NCBI GenBank assembly: GCA_963843575.1
Contig: CAWJKZ010000014.1
Coordinates: forward strand, 96,001 to 160,000
Origin: an uncultured Acidobacteriota bacterium
GTDB lineage: Bacteria > Acidobacteriota > UBA6911
DNA length: 64,000 nucleotides
Direction of reading: 5' to 3'
Made by a program: the position numbers and the translations under genes. The notes under the pieces are model-generated. The model saw nothing but the letters and a program-made list of their open reading frames with translations, did no database searches and was not told where the DNA came from. Positions 57,401-64,000 of this stretch are shown here, in pieces (position 1 is the first letter of the stretch; each line of letters opens with the position of its first letter).

Positions 57401-60377
57401 TCAGGGAGCGGGTTGGGCCGGTACCGCCGAAAGAACGGACAGGTCGTGTGTCCCGAAAAGTGCGAAGGCAGCCACCGGATTGTCGGAAGTCATCCGGACA
57501 TATCCCGAGTTACGGTTCTGGCCGGCGAGGGCAGGGAAGTGTTCGGTCAGAAGTTTTGACACCCTGTGGCGGGCCTGAATGGTTTCGGTGACGGTCCCCT
57601 CGAGGGTGCCGTCGGAGCTATAGACCTCCAGGGTCACTGCGGCTGGGTTGTCGGACGGGTTGAGGATGGCGAGCCCGGTGAAAAAGGTCTCGTTTGACGC
57701 GACCTGGCCGAAGACGGCTTCGTCCTGGAGAGTGGACGCGAGGGGGAGGGCCGCCGCGAAGACGCGCCTCTCGGGATCGCCGAACACGACGCTCCCGGTG
57801 AGGTTCACGTCGGCCGTTATCTTGACGTAGCCCTGGACGATCTCCCCGGCCGTCGACACGAAAAACGACTGATCCTTGAGGTAGATCTTTCCGTGGGCGG
57901 CGATTGGCCGCACCCGGGTCGGCCCGATCTGAGCCCCGTCGTCGCCTACCAGCCTGAATGTGACGGTACCAGGCGCGGAGTCGAGGTTTATCACCGACAG
58001 GGTCGACCGCCAGGGGCCTCCCACGGCATATTGCGGCGAATAAAGCACGGTTGCCCCGGCTGTGGTGTCCTGGCCGTTGAGGCCCTCGAGGTACTGCGCG
58101 GCTTTGCCGAGCATCTGGAACGGGTATTACCCCCTTGCCGGACAGGATGCGCACGTAGTCGCTCGCATCCACGGGAGTATCCGGAAACAGCTCCGTCAGG
58201 TATTCCGCTATGACGCCATTGCCATTGACGGTTCGGTCGGCGGAAGCGCGCGCCGTGCCGTCCTGCCGGACGAGATCGATCCGGACCGGGACCTGCTCTT
58301 CGTTGGGGTTGGCGATGTGAATCTGGGTGAATCCCTCGTCCTCGACCTCCGACAGGAGGGACGAGACGAACGGCATGAGAAATACCGGTGCGCCGTCGAG
58401 CACGCTCAGGCTGCTGTTGAACATGAGGGTGAATCCGGTGACCCCCGGGGCGCTGCTGTCGAGCTTGATCCATCCGATACGCCCGTTGCTGGTCATACCG
58501 CTCCCGAACAGCTCGACGTCGACGACGGGCAGCTGGGTGCCGGGCGGCAGGCTTATCTCCGCGGGATTGACGATGTCGTCGCCGCTGATTTCCGCGCCCT
58601 GTGTGTCGTAGGCCGTGAACGTGAGGATGGCGTCGATGCTGCCGAGGTTTACCACGGCGATACCCGTGTACTCACTGCCGTCGAGGCCGGTGGCCAGCCC
58701 GTCCTGGCTGACGAGCCGGGGATAGTACATGCTGACCGCCGCGCTGGAAGCGGTGGTGGTCTTGAAGGAGTACGTGTCGGAGACCGCGAGATTACCGGAC
58801 GCGTCGCGGGATTTGACGCGGAACTTGTATTCGGTGTTCGGCTTCAGGCCGGAGACGCTGGAGAAATGGGATACCACCAGCGATCTGTTCAGTTTCGATG
58901 CTTTCCCAAAGCTAGCGGTGGCGCCGTACTCGGCCTGCGAGTCCGATGCCTCGTTGGTTACCCAGTTGATGACGGCGTTTCGCGCGCCGGCGGTGGTGCC
59001 GATGCTGATGATCTCGGGCGGGGTGGTGTCGTTCGGGCCCGTGCTGAAGGTCAGATCGGCTGACGCCGCGCTGTTGCCGGCGGCGTCTTTCGACCTCGCC
59101 CTATAGTGGTAAGTCGTCGAACCGCGCAGCCCGGTCAATACCACCGAGTGCGACGTCACCTGTGCGGTGGCGACGGGCGTGCGGCCGTCGTTGACCGAAG
59201 TCGCGCCATACTCCACCTGCGAATCCGCTGCCTCGTTCGTGGTCCAGACGATGGTGGCGCCCGTGGAGGTGATGGAGGCCGCGGCCACTCCCGATATTAC
59301 CGGTGCAGTGGTGTCCGGTGCGGAGATAGTGGTAAACGTGTAATCTCCCGAGACCGACGGGTTGCCCGATGCGTCACGGCAGCGTACGCGGTAGTGATAC
59401 GTAGTACTGGCGGTGAGGCCTGTCAGGGACACGGCGTGCGACGTGACTTTCGTCGCGTCGAGGACAGTCGAATTCCCGTAGGAAGCCGTCGTGCCGTAGT
59501 CGACCTGGGAATCGGCCCCTTCGTCCGTTGTCCAGGTCACGGTCGCCCCGGTCGAGGTGTTGCTGGTGGCGAGGATGTTCGAGAGCACCGGGGGCGTGGA
59601 ATCCGAGGGAGGCGCCGTCGAGAAGGTCAGGTCGGTGGATACGGCCCGGTTGCCTGCCGCATCCCTCGACATCACGCGATAGTGATACAGGGTGCCCGGC
59701 GCGAGACCGGTCAGGGTTTGAGAGTGCGCCGTGACCTTCGTCTCATTGAGTGTGGTCGTCGTTCCGTATGTACTCGACAAGCCATACTGCAGCTGCGTGT
59801 CGGAGGCCTCGTTCGTCGTCCAGGAGATAGTTGCCGAGGTGCTGTCGATGGAACTGGCTGCGATCGCGGACAGTACCGGTGGGGTGGTGTCGCCTGTGGC
59901 CAGCACGGTGACGCTTCCGCTGACCGCGGCAGCCGTCAGCGGGTTGCCGTTCGGATCGGAAACAACCACGGAGGAAATGGTCAGCGGCAGCTGACCCGGG
60001 GCTGTTCCCGCCGCCACCGTGGTGTGCAACACCGCCACGCTGCCGGATCCCAGCGAGTTCGCGTTCAGGCCGAACACCAGAAAGCGAACGGCGCCGGCGA
60101 CTGCGGTGTTGCTTATGACATCTTTGCCTGCCGCTGCTGCCGCGGCCCCCGTCGAGACCGAGCCGACGGTGAGTGCGGCCGGAAGCACAATGTCGACCTG
60201 CATGGTGCCGACCCCGGAGGATCCTGCCACGAAGTTGACGGGCACGTCCACCGTGGTGGCGGGGAAACCCATTCCTGTCCCGACCGTGACGGTGCCTGCG
60301 GTTTGAGATAAACCGGCCACCGCTCCGGTCGACAGGACGACAGACAGGACGAACAGTAATCTCGCGGTTCGGGACAT
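57401..60377 (-). CDS. Large secreted protein: cohesin-like domain, 4 FN3/purple-acid-phosphatase-N-like repeats, C-terminal repeated beta-sandwich region; frameshift near 58122
   Basis: Signal peptide MSRTARLL after AGGAG; repeats DTTPP...WTTNE.SD.Q..YG...YHYRV.SRD..GN; ORFs 57618..60590 and 57401..58114 join, as confirmed by alignment with the paralogue. Confidence 0.85.
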
Positions 60378-60525
60378 AGGGCGCTCCTGAGGCTTTCGAC
60401 GGAACTCATCGGGTGCAGGCGGCGGGAGCCGTATGCCGCAGGTCACAAAAGCGGCGAATTGCCTGTGAGTGCGGGAACTGGCGGGAGGGCGTTTTGGGGG
60501 GCAGTCCGCCCTCCCGGTGTGACGG

Positions 60526-63500
60526 CTATGGCACGATCTGCGGTGGGATGGCCGAGAGCACGGACAGGTCGTTGCTGCCGAAAAGGGCAAACGCCGCGAT
60601 GTCTTTGTCCGCGGTCACCTTGACATAGCCCGACGTGCGGGTCTGGCCGGCAAGCCCCGGGAAGAACTCGGTCAGCACCATCGAGGTGCGCTGCTTGCCG
60701 GGGATCGTTATTACCGTCGATGCCTCTATACGCCCGTCGGTTCCGTACAGGTCGAGGGTTGCGGTGGCATTGTTCGTGTTCGGATTGAGGATCGCGATCC
60801 CGGTGAAGTACGTCTGGCTGACGGCCACCTGGCTGAACAAGACCGAACGCTGCAGCTGGTCGACCAGCGGTAGCGCCGCCGAAAACACGCCGCATTCGGG
60901 GTCACCGAAAACGACGCTTCCGGTGAGCCGGATGCCGCTGCTGATGATCTCGACGTACCCTTGGGTGACGACGTTGCTCGGGTTGACGAACAGGCTCTGG
61001 AAAAACGCCGGGTCGTCGATGCGGATCTTGCCGTGCGGCTCGATGGGCAGCACCTTCGTCGCGCCGATCTGGGTGGAATCGTCGTGGATGAAGCGGAAGG
61101 TCACGGTCCCTGCGGTGCTGTCGAGGTTAACGACGGACAACGCCGACCGCCACGGTCCCCCCACCGCATACTGGGGCGAATAGAGGATTGCGGATCCCGC
61201 AGTCGAGTCCTGCCCGTTGAGACCCTGGACGTACCGCGACGCCTTCCCGAGCAGCTCGAATGCCAGCATGCCCGTTGGAGCGCTGACGCGGACGTAGTCG
61301 GAGGACGCCGGAGTCGAGTCCGGGAACAGGTCGGTCCAAAGGTCGGCCACCACGGCCCCGCTGCCGGGGACCGTGCGGGTCATGGACGCGGCCGTCGTCC
61401 CGTCGGCGCGAACAAGCTGGAACTTGAGTTCGGCCGGGTCGGCCGAGGGGTTCGCAATGTCCACGCGCGTGAATCCCCGGTCCTCGATTTCGGGAAGAAC
61501 AAACGAGGTCATCGGATGCGACGAGATATTCGCACCGTCCAGGACGCTCATGCGCGAGTCGAATATGAGGAAGAATCCCGCCACCTTGGCGACGGTGCTC
61601 TCGACTTTGATCCAGCCAATGGTGCCGTGGGACTGAATCGCGTCGCCGAAAAGCTGGGTGTCCACCACGGGCAACTGTTCGGTCGGGTTCAGAACCCGGG
61701 TCACGGGGTTGCTGATCGACGGCCCGGAAATCTCCACGCCCGACGGGCCGTAGGCCGTAAACGTGAGGGTGGCAGGGGCCGTGTCGAGGTTGGCGATCGC
61801 GACGCCTACATACTGCTCCTCCACCTCTCCGGATTGACTGACCCCGCCACTTCCGGGCATGAGAGGATAGAAGAGCGTAGCGGCGGCGTCTCCCGTCGGT
61901 TTCTCGGTCGTCGTAAAGGTGAGATCAGCGGACATGGCTATGTTGCCTTCGGCGTCCTTGGACTTGACCCGGAAATGATAGGTGGTCTTGGGGATCAGCC
62001 CTCGCAACACTTCCGTGTGCGCTTCCAGCAGGGTTGGGCGCAGGGCCGTGACGAGGCCGTAAGATTCCACGGTGCCGTACTCGACCTGGCCGTCTGCCGC
62101 TTCGTTGGTGGACCACGTGACGGTGGCGCGGGAATAGCCGACACCGGAAACGGTCACTGCGGATATGACCGGAGGGGTGGTGTCCGGTTCGGAGGAAGTC
62201 GTGAAGGTGTAATCGCCGGAGATGGCCAGGTTGCCGGCGGCGTCGCGCGAACGGACCCTGTAATGGTATTTCCTCGCGGCCGTCAGGGCGCTCAGCAGCT
62301 GTGCGTGGGAGGTCGCGGCGGCGGTGTTGAGCGGCGTGGCGTTTCCGTAGGAGTCGGTACCGCCGAAGTCGACCTGGGAGTCCGAGCTCTCGTCGGTCGA
62401 CCAGAGAATCAGGGCCGTCGTCTTTGTGACGGCCGTGGCCGACACGTTGTTGATGACCGGTGCCGTGGTGTCGTCTGAGCCCGCGGTCGTGAAGGTCTGA
62501 TCCCCGGAAACGGCTTGGTTGCCGGAAGTGTCGCGGGATTTCACGCGGTAGTGATACTGGGTGGTGGATTTGAGGCCCGACAATGCTACCGAGTGCGATG
62601 TGCCTTGCAGGCTCGACCCGGCGGTCGAGCCGTAGTCCATGGCAGTTCCGTACTCGACGGTCGAGTCCGAGGGTTCGCTGGTCGTCCAGGAGATCAGTGC
62701 CCCGCTCTGGGTGATATTGGAACTGGTCACGCCCGAGATGGTGGGCGCGGCAGTGTCGGAGGTCGTAAAGGTGTAGTCGCCCGAGACTGCGGTGTTGCCG
62801 GCGTCGTCGCGCGACTTGACCCGATAATGGTAACGCGTGGCCGGCGCCAGGCCTGCAAGGGACTGCGAGTGGCTGGTCACCATAGTCGTGTTCAATCCGC
62901 TGGTGCTCCCGTAACCCGAAGTCAGTCCGTATTCGACCTGCGAGCTGGAGGCCTCGTTGGTCGTCCATGTGATGAGGGCTCCGGTACCGGTGACCGACGA
63001 CGAGGCGATCGCCGTTATCACCGGCGGCGCGGTGTCTTCCGGGGCTGCGGTGGTGAACGTGAAGTCGGCGGACGTCCCCAGGTTCCCTGCGCCGTCGCGG
63101 GACAGGACGCGGTAATGATAGAGGGCGGAAGGAGAAAGCCCGGTAAGGCTCTGGGAATGGCTCGTGGCGAGGGCGGCGACCAGCGGAGTCGAGTTGCCGT
63201 AGGCCGCTGTAGTGCCGAATTCGACCTGGGTGTTGGATGGCTCGTTTGTCGTCCAGGAGACCGTGGCGCTGCTCTGGGTGATGTTGGAACTGGTCACGCC
63301 CGAAATGGTGGGCGCGGCAGTGTCGGAGGTCGTAAAGGTGTAGTCGCCCGAGACTGCGGTGTTGCCGGCGTCGTCGCGCGATTTGACCCGATAATGGTAA
63401 CGCGTGGCCGGCGCCAGGCCTGCAAGGGAGAGCGAGTGGCTGGTCACCATGGTCGTGTTCAACCCGCTGGTGCTCCCGTAACCCGAAGTCAGTCCGTACT

Positions 63501-64000
63501 CGACCTGCGAGCTGGAGGCCTCGTTGGTCGTCCATGTGATGAGGGCTCCGGAACCGGTGACCGACGACGAGGCGATCGCCGTTATCACCGGCGGCGCGGT
63601 GTCTTCCGGGGCTGCGGTGGTGAACGTGAAGTCGGCGGACGTCCCCAGGTTCCCTGCGCCGTCGCGGGACAGGACGCGGTAATGATAGAGGGTGGAAGAA
63701 GCAAGCCCGGCAAGGCTCTGGGAATGGCTCGTGACGAGACCGCCGACCAACGGAGTCGAGTTGCCGTAGGCCGCTGTCGTGCCGAATTCGACCTGGGTGT
63801 TGGATGGCTCGTTTGTCGTCCAGAAGACCGTGGCCCCTGTGCTGGTTATCGCCGAAGCCGAGACCGCGCCGATGACGGGCGGCGTGGTATCGGCCGAGCC
63901 GATGATCGTGACGGTGCCGCCGCTCCCGGATACGCCGGGCACCCTGATGCCGGCCGGATCTGAGGCGTCGACGCTGGCGATGGACACGGACACCGGGGCC
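60526..64000 (-). CDS. Paralogous large secreted protein with 7 FN3-like repeats; 5' end outside the window
   Basis: Same repeat consensus and homologous C-terminal region; end of a cohesin-like domain (SDPAG...GTVTI) at the window edge. Confidence 0.87.
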   Translation of the reverse strand, partial: APVSVSIASVDASDPAGIRVPGVSGSGGTVTIIGSADTTPPVIGAVSASAITSTGATVFWTTNEPSNTQVEFGTTAAYGNSTPLVGGLVTSHSQSLAGLASSTLYHYRVLSRDGAGNLGTSADFTFTTAAPEDTAPPVITAIASSSVTGSGALITWTTNEASSSQVEYGLTSGYGSTSGLNTTMVTSHSLSLAGLAPATRYHYRVKSRDDAGNTAVSGDYTFTTSDTAAPTISGVTSSNITQSSATVSWTTNEPSNTQVEFGTTAAYGNSTPLVAALATSHSQSLTGLSPSALYHYRVLSRDGAGNLGTSADFTFTTAAPEDTAPPVITAIASSSVTGTGALITWTTNEASSSQVEYGLTSGYGSTSGLNTTMVTSHSQSLAGLAPATRYHYRVKSRDDAGNTAVSGDYTFTTSDTAAPTISGVTSSNITQSGALISWTTSEPSDSTVEYGTAMDYGSTAGSSLQGTSHSVALSGLKSTTQYHYRVKSRDTSGNQAVSGDQTFTTAGSDDTTAPVINNVSATAVTKTTALILWSTDESSDSQVDFGGTDSYGNATPLNTAAATSHAQLLSALTAARKYHYRVRSRDAAGNLAISGDYTFTTSSEPDTTPPVISAVTVSGVGYSRATVTWSTNEAADGQVEYGTVESYGLVTALRPTLLEAHTEVLRGLIPKTTYHFRVKSKDAEGNIAMSADLTFTTTEKPTGDAAATLFYPLMPGSGGVSQSGEVEEQYVGVAIANLDTAPATLTFTAYGPSGVEISGPSISNPVTRVLNPTEQLPVVDTQLFGDAIQSHGTIGWIKVESTVAKVAGFFLIFDSRMSVLDGANISSHPMTSFVLPEIEDRGFTRVDIANPSADPAELKFQLVRADGTTAASMTRTVPGSGAVVADLWTDLFPDSTPASSDYVRVSAPTGMLAFELLGKASRYVQGLNGQDSTAGSAILYSPQYAVGGPWRSALSVVNLDSTAGTVTFRFIHDDSTQIGATKVLPIEPHGKIRIDDPAFFQSLFVNPSNVVTQGYVEIISSGIRLTGSVVFGDPECGVFSAALPLVDQLQRSVLFSQVAVSQTYFTGIAILNPNTNNATATLDLYGTDGRIEASTVITIPGKQRTSMVLTEFFPGLAGQTRTSGYVKVTADKDIAAFALFGSNDLSVLSAIPPQIVP
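62704..63834. repeat. Near-identical intragenic tandem duplication with 567-bp period
   Basis: 62704..63267 matches 63271..63834. Anchors recur at +567: GGTCGTAAAG 62761/63328, GAAGTCGGCG 63061/63628, CTCGTTTGTC 63241/63808. Confidence 0.95.

Noticed and set aside
60391-60431. Hammerhead-ribozyme-like core on the minus strand (GGCTC...CCGATGAG-ttccgt-CGAAAGCC) upstream of the surface-protein gene
   Set aside because: The core reads CCGAUGA rather than CUGAUGA, stem II is one base pair, and no stem I can form. Likely chance.
58750-63900. CRISPR-like or DGR-like repeats
   Set aside because: The repeats are long in-frame protein-domain repeats without spacers. The differences are not evidently adenine-specific, and no cas or reverse transcriptase gene is present.

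Overview
High-GC bacterial chromosome segment. Gene content and style resemble Acidobacteriota, which is inferred and not searched. It is mostly housekeeping, with no integrase, transposase, prophage or CRISPR array seen. Many genes, including normally essential ones, carry single-base indels, mostly in or next to short base runs, which suggests long-read or assembly errors. Main blocks: a Ser/Thr kinase (partial) and several isolated enzymes; an envelope operon with a catalytically degenerate MA-type peptidase-like protein, three tandem periplasmic adaptors and one MacB-type permease but no ATPase or TolC; erpA-folB-merR followed by a scattered partial complex I set (nuoB, nuoD with a ~48-aa insertion, nuoI) mixed with a radical SAM gene, map, a Fur-rubrerythrin fusion and a diheme peroxidase; a 2-oxoacid dehydrogenase operon with two E1-alpha genes; a FadF-like Fe-S protein and a Zn dehydrogenase divergent from a nuoABCDHIJKN operon lacking nuoEFG and nuoLM; two tandem phosphohexomutases with a secreted glycosidase; a 4-gene ABC-2 operon; tRNA-Leu(CAG); and two large paralogous cohesin/FN3-repeat surface proteins, one with a recent 567-bp tandem duplication. 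The best candidates for novel biology are the L/M-less complex I with its alternative Q-module, the triple-adaptor export operon, and the ligand-less Fur-rubrerythrin fusion.
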